Source: Acidobacteriota bacterium (GTDB taxonomy: Bacteria; Acidobacteriota; UBA6911; JACQTF01). Taken from it: DNA of 51,026 bases. Positions 37,536 to 47,268 of this stretch are shown here, piece after piece (within the stretch, counting starts at the first letter, position 1; the number at the start of each line of letters is the position of its first letter). The stretch spans positions 1 through 51,026 of the forward strand of contig JACQTF010000031.1 in assembly GCA_016210925.1 (NCBI GenBank), given 5' to 3'. The translations under genes were made by a program, and so were the position numbers. Below the pieces are notes generated by a model. It did no database searches and had not been told where the DNA came from. It saw only the letters and a program-made list of their open reading frames with translations.

Positions 37536-39305
37536 GTGCAACGAGCCGGACTCATCTTGCTTTTGGCTCTCTGGCAGGGCGGAAACACCCTCTCACAGCC
37601 AGACCCGATCCGCAATTATTTGTTCCATCGCCATTTCGCGGAAGGGTGCCATTTCCTCATGGAAGGCCAGCTCCATCAAGCTTCGGTCACGCTGCGCCGC
37701 GCCCTTCGGTACGGATCGCAAGCGGAGAACGGCTCGGTCCTCCACGTGCTGGGGATGATTTCGCTGGACCAGGGCAAGGTCTCTGAGGCCCGGGCGCAGC
37801 TCGAGAAGGCTTTGCGGTTGAATCCCTCCCGGACGGAAGTGCTGCTCCACCTCAGTTATGTCCACTACCGGCTCGGCGAACTGGGCTTGGCGCTCCAGTG
37901 TTTGGATCGCCTCCTGGAGAAGGAACCTGATCATCCCCAGGCACGACACAGCCGGAGCGCAATCCAGCAAGCTCATTCCAGCGGGGGCAAAACCACGCCG
38001 CCCGGGCGGGGCCTGGCTTTTCAGGCGGGAGTGACGGCGCCTGCTTTCTCACCCGGTCTCGAGGGTCCCATGTTCCTCCGCAGCGGCACCCTCAGCGGCG
38101 TGGTCCGTGATGAAGGGGCCCGGCCGGTGGCGGGAGCCTCCCTGGTGGTGACAGACCTGCGGGGAGAGGAGCACCACGCGACGCGGACGGAAGCGGACGG
38201 GCGGTACAGCGTGACTGGACTGGATCTCAGGGGGCACTATAACGTCTTTCTCTCTTCCCCCGGCTATGAGACTCGGGCTTTTCGCCTCCTGAAACCCTAC
38301 CCGGTGCTCTTCCTGTTCAATCACGAATGGAACCTGCGGAGTGCCCGCTTGCCCGTGATAGGAGACTACCTGGATCCGAGAGCCGTTCCCGCTGAGCCAC
38401 ACCGATTCCGCTTCGTCGTGGACGCGATGCTCGTGAACCTGGGGATCTCGGTCCTGGACGGCAGAGGCAGAACGGTTTTCGGCCTCGGCCAGGAAAACTT
38501 CCAGGTGCTGGAGGATGGGCTGCGGCAGGAGGTGCGCTTCTTCGAGAGCGAGAACGCCCCCTTGAGGGTGGGCATTCTCCTGGATACCAGCGGGAGCATG
38601 ACCGGAGGGAAACTGGAGAAGGCCAAGGCGGCGGTGGAGGCTTTGGTCAAGAGCTTCCGGGCCCAGGATCAGGTCTTCCTCCTGACCTTCCACGATCGTG
38701 TAGAGGCCTTGTCCGAATTCACCCCCGATTTCGACTCCCTCAGGGACCGAATGTTGCAGCTCCGGGCCGACGGAAACACGTCTCTGTATGACGCCCTCAA
38801 GGAAGGTTTGGACAGGTTCCGGAACGTGGCGGCGGACTCGGTCTCCGGCCTGAGTCGAAATGCCCTGATCCTGGTGACCGACGGCCGGGATGTCGGCAGC
38901 CGGCGCAACCTGGACCAGGTGCTGGCGGAGATCCAGCGCAGCTCCGTTCCCATCTTCGCCATCGGGCTCTACGACCTGCCGGAGATCATCAACTATTTGC
39001 ACTACTACCGGATCAACCCCCTGTTCGGTCAACTGCCCCACAATCCCTTGAAAATCCTGCAGCGCCTGGCCTCGGTCTCCGGAGGCCTGGCATTTTTCCC
39101 GGACAAAGCTCAGCAGGTGGAGGAGATCTTTCGCTTGATTCTGGGCCAGTTGCGCAGCCAGTACAACCTGGCCTATGTCCCTCGAAACCGGGAGCGGGAC
39201 GGACGCTTTCGCAGGATCGACATCCAGGTGATCAACGAACAGGGCCAGACCCAACCCTACTTCGTTGCCGGACGGGAAGGCTACGTCCTCCCGTCCTATC
39301 CCTAA
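37536..39305 (+). CDS. Exported TPR + carboxypeptidase-regulatory-like + VWA domain protein
   Basis: Signal-like N-terminus, TPRs, GTLSGVVRDE...TEADGRY beta-sandwich, LDTSGSM MIDAS, LVTDG and QYNLAY; start approximate. Confidence 0.85.
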   Translation: MQRAGLILLLALWQGGNTLSQPDPIRNYLFHRHFAEGCHFLMEGQLHQASVTLRRALRYGSQAENGSVLHVLGMISLDQGKVSEARAQLEKALRLNPSRTEVLLHLSYVHYRLGELGLALQCLDRLLEKEPDHPQARHSRSAIQQAHSSGGKTTPPGRGLAFQAGVTAPAFSPGLEGPMFLRSGTLSGVVRDEGARPVAGASLVVTDLRGEEHHATRTEADGRYSVTGLDLRGHYNVFLSSPGYETRAFRLLKPYPVLFLFNHEWNLRSARLPVIGDYLDPRAVPAEPHRFRFVVDAMLVNLGISVLDGRGRTVFGLGQENFQVLEDGLRQEVRFFESENAPLRVGILLDTSGSMTGGKLEKAKAAVEALVKSFRAQDQVFLLTFHDRVEALSEFTPDFDSLRDRMLQLRADGNTSLYDALKEGLDRFRNVAADSVSGLSRNALILVTDGRDVGSRRNLDQVLAEIQRSSVPIFAIGLYDLPEIINYLHYYRINPLFGQLPHNPLKILQRLASVSGGLAFFPDKAQQVEEIFRLILGQLRSQYNLAYVPRNRERDGRFRRIDIQVINEQGQTQPYFVAGREGYVLPSYP

Positions 39306-39306
39306 G

Positions 39307-39365
39307 AACTGGAAGGATGGAAGACTGGAAGACTGATCTTCCATTCTTCCAACCTCCCAGTCTTC
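39307..39365. repeat. Palindromic tandem octamer repeat (GACTGGAA / TTCCAGTC arms)
   Basis: Fills the gap between two convergent stop codons; can fold into a long hairpin. Confidence 0.8.
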
Positions 39366-41473
39366 TACGTGGCTCCCGGGGATAAACATCCCCCTCCCTC
39401 CAATAGCTTGGTAAATGCCTCGGCGGGCACGGGCCGGCTGATCACGTAGCCCAGTATCTCGTCGCACTTTTGGGAACGCAAGAATGCCAGTTGTTCTTCC
39501 GTTTCCACGCCCTCGGCAATCACCTTCAAGGCAAGGCTGTGGGCCATGGCGATGATGGCGGTGGTAAGCGCCGCATCATCCGCGTCGTTGGTAATATCCC
39601 GGATAAACGACTGGTCGATTTTTAGCGTCGTGATCGGGAATCGCTTCAAAGAGCCCAGCGAGGAATAACCGGTGCCAAAGTCATCGATCGAGATTTGAAT
39701 CCCCATGGCACTCAATTCATTCAAGGTCGTCAGGCTGAAGTCGATGTCTTTCATGGCGAGGGTCTCGGTGATCTCCAGTTCGAGAGTGTGGGCAGCCATG
39801 CCCGTTTCCCCCAGCACTCTTTGGATCAAGTCCAGCAGGTTGCGGTGCTGAAACTGGCGAGCCGAAAAATTGACCATGACCCGCAGTTGGGAATGCCCCG
39901 CCGCTTGCCAGGCTTTGTTCTGGGCGCAGGCGGTTCGCAAGAGCCATTCGCCAAGGGTGATGATCAGCCCGGTTTCTTCCGCCAGCGGAATGAACTCCGC
40001 GGGACAAACGAGGCCGCGTTGCGGATGGTGCCAGCGGGCCAGGGCTTCCACGCCGGTGATCTGGCTGCTGAGCAACGAGACAATGGGCTGGTAGTGAATC
40101 CGAAACTCCTGACGCTCAAAGGCTCGGCGCAGGTCGGCCTCGAGCTGTAAGAGGGCGACGGCGCGGGCGTGCATCCCTCTGTCAAACAGGGCATGGCGGG
40201 CCTTGCCCAGCGCCTTGGCACGATACATGGCCATGTCGGCATCGCGCAGAAGGTCCTCGGGCCAGTCATAGCCTGGGACACTGAGGGCGATTCCGATGCT
40301 GGCGGTGGTGAACACCTCGTGCCCGTTCAGATTGAAAGGCGTGGCCAGCTCGTTTTGGATCCGGTCGGCGACGCGTGTGGCTTCACTGACGTCTTTGATG
40401 TTGTCCAGAAGCATGGTGAATTCGTCACCACCCAGGCGGGCGACCGTATCTCCGGGCCGCAAGCACGCCTCCAGCCTTCGAGCGATAGCGATCAGCAGTT
40501 GATCGCCGAACATGTGCCCGAGGCTATCGTTGATGACTTTGAAGCGGTCGAGGTCCAGGAAAAGGACGGCGCACAAATAATCCTGACGCCGTTTTGCGCG
40601 TCCGATCAACAGTCCCAGCCGGTCGATGAACAGGGCCCGGTTGGGAAGGCCCGTCAGCGCGTCGTGGAGCGCATCGTGCAGGAGTTGTTCCTCGGCCGCC
40701 CGGCGGACAGTGATGTCGGTCTGGGACCCGGCCATGCGGTAGGCGTTCCCCGCTGCGTTCCGAACCGCAAGCCCGCGGCTGAGCATCCACCGATAGGTTC
40801 CGTCCTTGTGCAACACGCGATGCTCGTTTTCGAAGTGGGAAGTCAGCCCTGCGAGATGGGCTTCGATTTCCTTCTTCAGCCGCTCCAGGTCCTCGGGATG
40901 AAGCCGGCTGAACCATTCGTCAGGGCTGTTTCCAATCTCGTTCTCCTCGCAGCCCAGCATGAATTTCCACCGGGGCGAAAAATGGACTTCATTGGTTTTC
41001 AAATTCCAGTCCCACAGCCCTTCGTGGGTGCCCCGAACAGCCAGCGCATAGCGCTCCTCGCTTTCCTGCAGTGCTTCCTGGGTCTGGGCTCGCTCGATGG
41101 AGTACCGGATGGCGCGCACCAGCAAGTTGCGATCCACCTGTCCCTTGACGAGATAGTCGTGCGCGCCCTTCTGCATGGCCCTGACGGCCAGGTTCTCATC
41201 GTCGAGACCCGTGAGCACCACGATGGGCACGCCGGGCGCTTGCGCGTGGGTCTGGACGACCGTCTCCAGCCCGCGGCTGTCCGGCAGCGAGAGATCCAAC
41301 AGGATCGCGTCGATGCCGCCTGCCGCCAGTTGCTCCAGCCCGGCCGAGAGCCGGTCGGCGCGCTCCAGTTCGAAGGTCAGGCTGACCGAGCTGATCGCCA
41401 GCATTTCCTGGATCAATCGAGCGTCGTCGCGGTTGCCCTCGATCAGCAAGACTCTGATTCGTTCACCGTTCAT
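39365..41473 (-). CDS. REC-PAS-GGDEF-EAL c-di-GMP signalling protein
   Basis: LLDLSLPD receiver, PAS3 (LWDWN...HPED), RLGGDEF, VEALAR and DDFGTGYSS motifs. Confidence 0.95.
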   Translation of the reverse strand: MNGERIRVLLIEGNRDDARLIQEMLAISSVSLTFELERADRLSAGLEQLAAGGIDAILLDLSLPDSRGLETVVQTHAQAPGVPIVVLTGLDDENLAVRAMQKGAHDYLVKGQVDRNLLVRAIRYSIERAQTQEALQESEERYALAVRGTHEGLWDWNLKTNEVHFSPRWKFMLGCEENEIGNSPDEWFSRLHPEDLERLKKEIEAHLAGLTSHFENEHRVLHKDGTYRWMLSRGLAVRNAAGNAYRMAGSQTDITVRRAAEEQLLHDALHDALTGLPNRALFIDRLGLLIGRAKRRQDYLCAVLFLDLDRFKVINDSLGHMFGDQLLIAIARRLEACLRPGDTVARLGGDEFTMLLDNIKDVSEATRVADRIQNELATPFNLNGHEVFTTASIGIALSVPGYDWPEDLLRDADMAMYRAKALGKARHALFDRGMHARAVALLQLEADLRRAFERQEFRIHYQPIVSLLSSQITGVEALARWHHPQRGLVCPAEFIPLAEETGLIITLGEWLLRTACAQNKAWQAAGHSQLRVMVNFSARQFQHRNLLDLIQRVLGETGMAAHTLELEITETLAMKDIDFSLTTLNELSAMGIQISIDDFGTGYSSLGSLKRFPITTLKIDQSFIRDITNDADDAALTTAIIAMAHSLALKVIAEGVETEEQLAFLRSQKCDEILGYVISRPVPAEAFTKLLEGGGCLSPGAT

Positions 41474-41661
41474 TCTGGGGCCGCAGCTTTCAAATATTCA
41501 TGCCCTATAAGGTAGCAACCAACCATCTCTCACCTTAAGATATTCCGATTCGCTTTGCAACCGATTCAGGAACTTCAGTCTGGAAAGGGATGGCACCTCC
41601 GACAGGCTTCGGTTCATTCCTCCCGCCTTGCAATTCCTCACCTGCCGATTAAAATGGACGG

Positions 41662-43143
41662 GTGGATCGAAAGACGTGGATCATCGTGGTGGCCGTGGAT
41701 CTGGCCATGCTGCTGGGGGCCGTGGATGCCACCATCGTTGGCACCGCCATGCCCACCGTGATCTCCAGCTTGGGTGGGATGAGTTTGTACAGCTGGGTCT
41801 TCTCGGTGTACGTTCTGGCCTCGACGACCGCGATCCCCATCTTCGGGAAGTTGTCGGACCTGTATGGACGCCGTGCCCTCTTTTTGATCGGGATCGGCAC
41901 GTTCGTAGGGGCATCGGCCTTGTGCGGGACGGCCACCTCCATGACCCAGCTCATCGCATTCCGGGCTCTGCAGGGCATCGGGGCGGGCGGTATCTTCTCC
42001 AACGCCATTGCCATCTTCGGCGTGATCTTTCCGCCCCACCAGCGTGGCAAGATGCAGGCGTTGATCTCAGCGGTATGGGGATTGGCCAGCATCGTGGGCC
42101 CCGTGACCGGCGGTTTCATCGTGGATCACTGGGGCTGGCGGTGGACCTTTTACATCAGTGTCCCGATCGGCCTGGCCGCCGCCCTGATGGTGATGGCGGC
42201 CCTTCCCGAGAGTCGCGGTGCGGCCCGGGCCGGTTTGGATTTCGGTGGCATCCTGGCCTTGTGCACGGCGGTCATCACGCTGCTGTTCGGCTTCCTCTAC
42301 TCCGGGGAGGGGCACTCGCTTCTGTCCGTGCCCGTGCTGGGACTTTTTGCAGCTTCGGGGCTGGCGTCGGCGTGGTTCGTGCGGCAGGAAAAGCGAAGCA
42401 AGGAGCCCATCCTGCCTTCGGAATTTTTCTCCAACCGGCTCTTCTCCGTTTTCGCAGGACTCAGTCTGCTCTCCGGTGCCGCTATGTTCGGGGCGATCGT
42501 TTTCGTTCCCCTCTTCGTGCAGGGGGTCCTGGGCGGCTCGGCCACCACCGCAGGTTCCGTCCTGACACCCATGAGCCTGGGATGGGTCTCCGGAAGCCTG
42601 GTGGGAGGGAGGCTGGTGTACCGGGCGGGGCCGCGCCGCATGGTGCTGGCTGGGATGGTGCTCATGTCGGCGGCCTACCTCTTGCTGGCCCAGGTGGGTG
42701 CCGGCGCGTCCTACTTTGCGGTGACCTTCCACGTGTTCGTCCTGGGTGCGGGCATGGGAGTGGTCACGGTGAGCATCGTGGTGGGGATTCAGAACAACGT
42801 GGGCATCCACAGCATGGGCTCCGCCAGCTCAGTGCCGGTGCTGTTTCGCAACGTGGGCGCCAGCATCGGAATGGCCTTGATGGGCAGCCTGTTCACTGGA
42901 AGGATGATGCAACGGGGGTCGGGAAATCCTGAGCCCGGGCTGCGGTTCCCGGACCCGAAGCTCCTGCTGGACCCGGTTCAGCGGGGCCTGATGGAGCCGG
43001 AGGTGTTGTGGTCCATGCGCGTCACCATGGCCAGCGCGTTGGAGGCGGCATTCTGGCTAGGCTTTGCCCTGGCGCTGGTGGGCGTCGTGCTCAGCCTCTG
43101 GATCCCGCCGCAGAGAACCGAAACCCCAAAACCTGAAACCTGA
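41662..43143 (+). CDS. MFS multidrug-type transporter (DHA2, 14-TM)
   Basis: DATIVGTAMP, GKLSDLYGRR and FRALQGIGAG motifs. Confidence 0.92.
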   Translation: MDRKTWIIVVAVDLAMLLGAVDATIVGTAMPTVISSLGGMSLYSWVFSVYVLASTTAIPIFGKLSDLYGRRALFLIGIGTFVGASALCGTATSMTQLIAFRALQGIGAGGIFSNAIAIFGVIFPPHQRGKMQALISAVWGLASIVGPVTGGFIVDHWGWRWTFYISVPIGLAAALMVMAALPESRGAARAGLDFGGILALCTAVITLLFGFLYSGEGHSLLSVPVLGLFAASGLASAWFVRQEKRSKEPILPSEFFSNRLFSVFAGLSLLSGAAMFGAIVFVPLFVQGVLGGSATTAGSVLTPMSLGWVSGSLVGGRLVYRAGPRRMVLAGMVLMSAAYLLLAQVGAGASYFAVTFHVFVLGAGMGVVTVSIVVGIQNNVGIHSMGSASSVPVLFRNVGASIGMALMGSLFTGRMMQRGSGNPEPGLRFPDPKLLLDPVQRGLMEPEVLWSMRVTMASALEAAFWLGFALALVGVVLSLWIPPQRTETPKPET

Positions 43144-43206
43144 AACCTAAAACTCGAAAGCCATCCGATCGTTTTAGGTTTCAGGTTTTAAAGTTTTAGG
43201 TTTTTC
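43115..43206. repeat. Palindromic tandem heptamer repeat (AAACCTG / CAGGTTT arms)
   Basis: The arms overlap the stop codons of both convergent genes. Confidence 0.8.
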
Positions 43207-44311
43207 TTAGTGCTTCACCGATGCGCCGCAGCCCTTCTCGGATGAGCGCCTCATCCACCGAGAACGAGAGCCTCAGGTATCCTTCCCCCTCCGTTCCGAA
43301 TGCAGAACCCGGCACCGTGATGACTCCGTGGGCAAGCAACCGCTCTGCCAGCGCCAGCGATGTTCCGAATTTTCCAACGTCGGCAAAAGCGTAGAACGCC
43401 CCCTCCGGCGGCAGGCATGCCAAACCCAGGGCTGCCAGCCCTTCGAGCATGCAGCGGCGCCGGTCGGCCAGTTGCTGACGGATCTCGGCTCGCGCTGACT
43501 CTCCTTCCTGCGTGAAGGCTTGCACGGCGGCTTTTTGCGACACGGCGGGAGCGCAGGTGGTGACGTACTGGTGAAGGACCGTCATGCGGCGGATCGTCTC
43601 CGGCTCCCCGCAAGCCCAACCCAGGCGCCAGCCGGTCATGCACATGCTCTTGGACAATCCCGAGATCACCAGCCCCTCCACAGACCCTTCGGACAGGGAA
43701 GGCGGCCTGTCGCCGTAATACAATTCCCGGTAAATTTCGTCCGAGAGGATGAACAGACCATGAGCTGTGGCCAGGCTCGCCACCTCTCGCAGGGCGGATG
43801 ACGAGAGGCACTGGCCCGTGGGATTCGAAGGGCTGTTGAGGATGATCCCGCGCGTGCGGGGCGTCACGGCGCGGGCGACTTCGTCCGCGTGCAGGGCAAA
43901 GCCAGCGTCCGCTGCCAGCCGGTACGGCACCGGTTGCCCGCCGGCGAGCCGCACGACGACCGGGTAGGCGACAAACCCCGGATTGGGTATCAGGACTTCA
44001 TCGCCGGGCTCCACCAGGGCCAGGAGCGAAAGGAAAAGCGCTTCCTGCGAGCCGGTGGTGATGCAGACCCGCTCCGGATCCTCGCTTCCGTACGACAGCG
44101 CCACCCGTCGGCGCAGTTCGGCCAGGCCCGCGTTGGGAGTGTAGCCGTTTCGCTCTTGCTCAATGACACGCACCGCCTCTGCCCGGATGACCTCGGGCGG
44201 GAACAGGTCGGGCTCGCCGAGTCCCAGGTTGATGGCGTCCGGGGGAGCCTTGTCATAGAGCTCCCGGATCACGGATTTCTGGATGCCGGAGATGCGCGAA
44301 GAGAATCTCAT
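43196..44311 (-). CDS. Class I/II PLP-dependent aminotransferase
   Basis: NLGLGEPD, NSPSNPTG, SDEIY and SKSMCMTGWRLG motifs. Confidence 0.93.
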   Translation of the reverse strand: MRFSSRISGIQKSVIRELYDKAPPDAINLGLGEPDLFPPEVIRAEAVRVIEQERNGYTPNAGLAELRRRVALSYGSEDPERVCITTGSQEALFLSLLALVEPGDEVLIPNPGFVAYPVVVRLAGGQPVPYRLAADAGFALHADEVARAVTPRTRGIILNSPSNPTGQCLSSSALREVASLATAHGLFILSDEIYRELYYGDRPPSLSEGSVEGLVISGLSKSMCMTGWRLGWACGEPETIRRMTVLHQYVTTCAPAVSQKAAVQAFTQEGESARAEIRQQLADRRRCMLEGLAALGLACLPPEGAFYAFADVGKFGTSLALAERLLAHGVITVPGSAFGTEGEGYLRLSFSVDEALIREGLRRIGEALRKT

Positions 44312-44345
44312 GGGATCCGATGCAGGGGCGAGCTCGACGGACGGG

Positions 44346-45176
44346 TCAGCGCAGGAGCTCCTCGAGCTGAAGGGAAGCGTCGGTCTTTTCGTCCCTGTAT
44401 TTCACGATGACAGGCGTGTAAAGGGACAACCCCTGCGCTCGTCCCCAGGGGTGGGAAATGGAACGGCTTCCGGGTACGACGACGGCGCCTTCGGGGATTT
44501 CCAGGGGTCCGTCCGGGGGCTTTCGATAGATGTTCTCGCGGACGACGTCGTAGACCGGAGTCGAGCCCGTGAGAATGGTGCCGGCGCCCAGTACCGCCCG
44601 GCGACGGACCAGCACACCCTCATAGAGTCCGCAGTTGCCCCCCACCACCACTTCATCCTCGATGATCACGGGGATGGTGCCCACCGGTTCCAGGACGCCG
44701 CCCACCTGGCACCCGGCGCTGAGGTGAACCTTCTTTCCGATCTGGGCGCACGATCCCACCAGGACGTGGGAGTCCACCATGGTTCCTTCGTCCACGTACG
44801 CTCCCACATTGATGTACATGGGGGGCATGCAGGTAACATGCTTTGCCACGTAGCAGCCGTCCCGGATGGAAGAGCCCCCAGGCACCACCCGGACCTGGTC
44901 CTCCAGGCCGATCCGCTTCAGAGGATACGTGTCCTTGTCATAGAAGATGAGCCCGTGATCCGCCGACATGTCGCTCGGCACTCCCAGCCGAAAGCCCAAC
45001 AGAATCCCCTTCTTGACCCACGGGTGGACCACCCAGCGGTCGCCGATTTTCTCCGCAGCCCGCACCGTGCCTGCGTTCAGTTGCTCCTTCAGCCGGTGGA
45101 AAACCTGCCGTGCCTCGGCACCCAGTTGTTCCAGGGGGCGGTCAAACAGTTCTTCGATCTGTTCCCGCAAGCTCAT
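44346..45176 (-). CDS. dapD: Tetrahydrodipicolinate N-succinyltransferase
   Basis: WVKKGILLGF, VGSCAQIG and GGVLEP motifs. Confidence 0.95.
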   Translation of the reverse strand: MSLREQIEELFDRPLEQLGAEARQVFHRLKEQLNAGTVRAAEKIGDRWVVHPWVKKGILLGFRLGVPSDMSADHGLIFYDKDTYPLKRIGLEDQVRVVPGGSSIRDGCYVAKHVTCMPPMYINVGAYVDEGTMVDSHVLVGSCAQIGKKVHLSAGCQVGGVLEPVGTIPVIIEDEVVVGGNCGLYEGVLVRRRAVLGAGTILTGSTPVYDVVRENIYRKPPDGPLEIPEGAVVVPGSRSISHPWGRAQGLSLYTPVIVKYRDEKTDASLQLEELLR

Positions 45177-46213
45177 AAGGATTCGCTTTCAAGAATCCCG
45201 GGTTCTTCCCGGACCTGCAATTCAACCTGGAGCAATCTGATGGCAAGCCTCCTGTAAAGTTCGACTGCTCTGTGGAGCTCAGCCTTCGCGATCTTTTCCC
45301 CGTCGGTGTGGGCGTCGCGAATGGAGCCGGGACCGAGCAACAAGGGCTTTCCCCAGCCGGTCAGATAAGGAATATCCGTGGTAAAGGCCACGACCGACGA
45401 GGCGAACCCGTCCAACGTGGCCAGCAGTGCGGGTGGCACGTCCTGAAGAACCTGAATCTTCACACGGTCCCCCACCTGATCGGAAAGCGACCGGAGCAGC
45501 CCGCTGGTATTCTCCACGGTGCGAAAAAGAATCTCGGCGCGAGCGCTCGCGGGTACCACGTTGGCACGAACGCCGCCCTCCAGGACGCCCACGTTCCAGG
45601 TGGTCCGCCCCAGGAGCGGGTGCTGGGGCAGGGGCAGGGCTCGAAGCGCGACCAAGGCGTCGATCAGCTTCTCGATGGCGGACTCTCCCTCCTCGGGGTA
45701 GGCGGAGTGGGCCGCCCGACCTCGGGCGAGTAACTCGACGCGAAGGGCTCCCTTGCAGCCGCGCACCAGCCTGTTCTCGGTGGGCTCGCCGTTGATCAGG
45801 TACTTTGCGCGGACACCGAGCTGGCCCGCTGCTCGGGCACCGGCGCTTCCTTGTTCCTCGCCCACGACGTACAACAAGGCGACGCGCCGCCGGAGTTCCG
45901 GCGCCAGGCCAGCGGCGGCTACTACCTGCGCCGCAATCGCCCCCTTGGCGTCGCAGGCTCCCCGGCCGTAAATGAACTGCTCGTCCTCGCGGGAAGGGAT
46001 GAAAGGAGGCACCGTGTCCAGGTGGGAGGACAAGACGACCTCCGGCGTCCCTTCGGCCGCGAAAACGTTGAACCTGCCAGGCCGGGCCTCCTGCAGCCGT
46101 ACCGGAAAGCCAGCGGACGCGAGGGCGTCTGCCAAAAAGTGCGCGACAGGACCCTCCCCGCCGGTGATGGACTCGATGTCCACCAGCGCCCGCGTCAACT
46201 TTTCCACGTCCAT
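45173..46213 (-). CDS. M20 family deacylase (ArgE/DapE-like)
   Basis: SHLDTVP, GRGACDAKG, VGEE, GEPT and AHT motifs. Confidence 0.92.
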   Translation of the reverse strand: MDVEKLTRALVDIESITGGEGPVAHFLADALASAGFPVRLQEARPGRFNVFAAEGTPEVVLSSHLDTVPPFIPSREDEQFIYGRGACDAKGAIAAQVVAAAGLAPELRRRVALLYVVGEEQGSAGARAAGQLGVRAKYLINGEPTENRLVRGCKGALRVELLARGRAAHSAYPEEGESAIEKLIDALVALRALPLPQHPLLGRTTWNVGVLEGGVRANVVPASARAEILFRTVENTSGLLRSLSDQVGDRVKIQVLQDVPPALLATLDGFASSVVAFTTDIPYLTGWGKPLLLGPGSIRDAHTDGEKIAKAELHRAVELYRRLAIRLLQVELQVREEPGILESESL

Positions 46214-46264
46214 GGCGTTCCCCAAAAAGCCGACGCCGGTGGCCGTGGGCCACCCTGGAGATTT

Positions 46265-47191
46265 TCAGGCGAGGGATTCTTTGGCGGCGGCTTCCGCGAC
46301 GGCTCCCATCCGGCGAAATTTCTCGTACCGGAGGCGACTGCGCTCCTCCGGGTCCAACCGGGAGACCTCCGCCAGGTGACGCTGCAAGGCTTCGTCCACG
46401 GTCTTTGCCGCGGTGGCATGGTCCGTGTGGGCTCCGTCGCCGGTCTCGGGGAGCACCTCATCAATGAGGCCGAACTCGTACAGGTAATCCGGGGTGAGCT
46501 TGAGGGCGCGGGCCGCCTCCTCCGCATGTTCCTGATCCTTCCAGAGGATGGCGGAACAGCTCTCGGGAGAGATGACCGAGTAGACGGAGTTCTCCAGCAT
46601 CAGGATCCGATCGCCCACGCCAATCCCCAAGGCCCCACCGCTCCCGCCTTCACCCAGCACCACGCAGACGATGGGGACCCGCAGCCGGGCCATCTCGCGC
46701 AGGTTGTACGCGATGGCTTCTGCCTGGCCCCGCTCCTCGGCACCGATACCCGGGTAAGCTCCCGGCGTGTCGATCAAGGTGATGACGGGACGCTGGAACT
46801 TCTCCGCGAATTTCATGATCCGAAGCGCCTTCCGGTACCCTTCGGGCTGGGCCATGCCATAGTTTCGCAACAGACGCTCCTTCATGTTGCGCCCTTTCTG
46901 CTGGCCCACCACTGCCACGGGTTCGCCATGGAAGAGTGCCATGCCCGCGACGATGGCGGGGTCGTCCCCGAAGCGCCGATCGCCGTGGATCTCGGAAAAA
47001 TGGGTGAAGAGCCGCTCCACGTAGTCCAGGGTGTAGGGACGGAGCTCGTGACGGCTCAGGCGGACCCGCTCCCAGGGAGTGAGCCGGCTGCCCATGCGCT
47101 TGCGCAACTCGTGGACCTGCTTCTTGACATCTTCCAGATCCACGGTGTCGGGATCGCTTCCGGGCGGCAGGCGGGATGGGTCGTCGGTCAT
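46265..47191 (-). CDS. accA: Acetyl-CoA carboxylase carboxyltransferase alpha
   Basis: HGDR, PEGYRKALR, DTPGAYPG and GEGGSGGA motifs. Confidence 0.97.
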   Translation of the reverse strand: MTDDPSRLPPGSDPDTVDLEDVKKQVHELRKRMGSRLTPWERVRLSRHELRPYTLDYVERLFTHFSEIHGDRRFGDDPAIVAGMALFHGEPVAVVGQQKGRNMKERLLRNYGMAQPEGYRKALRIMKFAEKFQRPVITLIDTPGAYPGIGAEERGQAEAIAYNLREMARLRVPIVCVVLGEGGSGGALGIGVGDRILMLENSVYSVISPESCSAILWKDQEHAEEAARALKLTPDYLYEFGLIDEVLPETGDGAHTDHATAAKTVDEALQRHLAEVSRLDPEERSRLRYEKFRRMGAVAEAAAKESLA

Positions 47192-47200
47192 ATCAGGAAC

Positions 47201-47264
47201 GTCATTCGTCAATCGTCCAACGTCAATCGCTCGACGATTGACCAATGACCATTGACGATTGACC
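47201..47264. repeat. Palindromic tandem heptamer repeat (GTCAATC / GATTGAC), same family as at 3066
   Basis: gtcattc gtcaatc gtccaac gtcaatc ... attgacc aatgacc attgacg attgacc between dnaE and accA. Confidence 0.85.
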
Positions 47265-47268
47265 AGCA

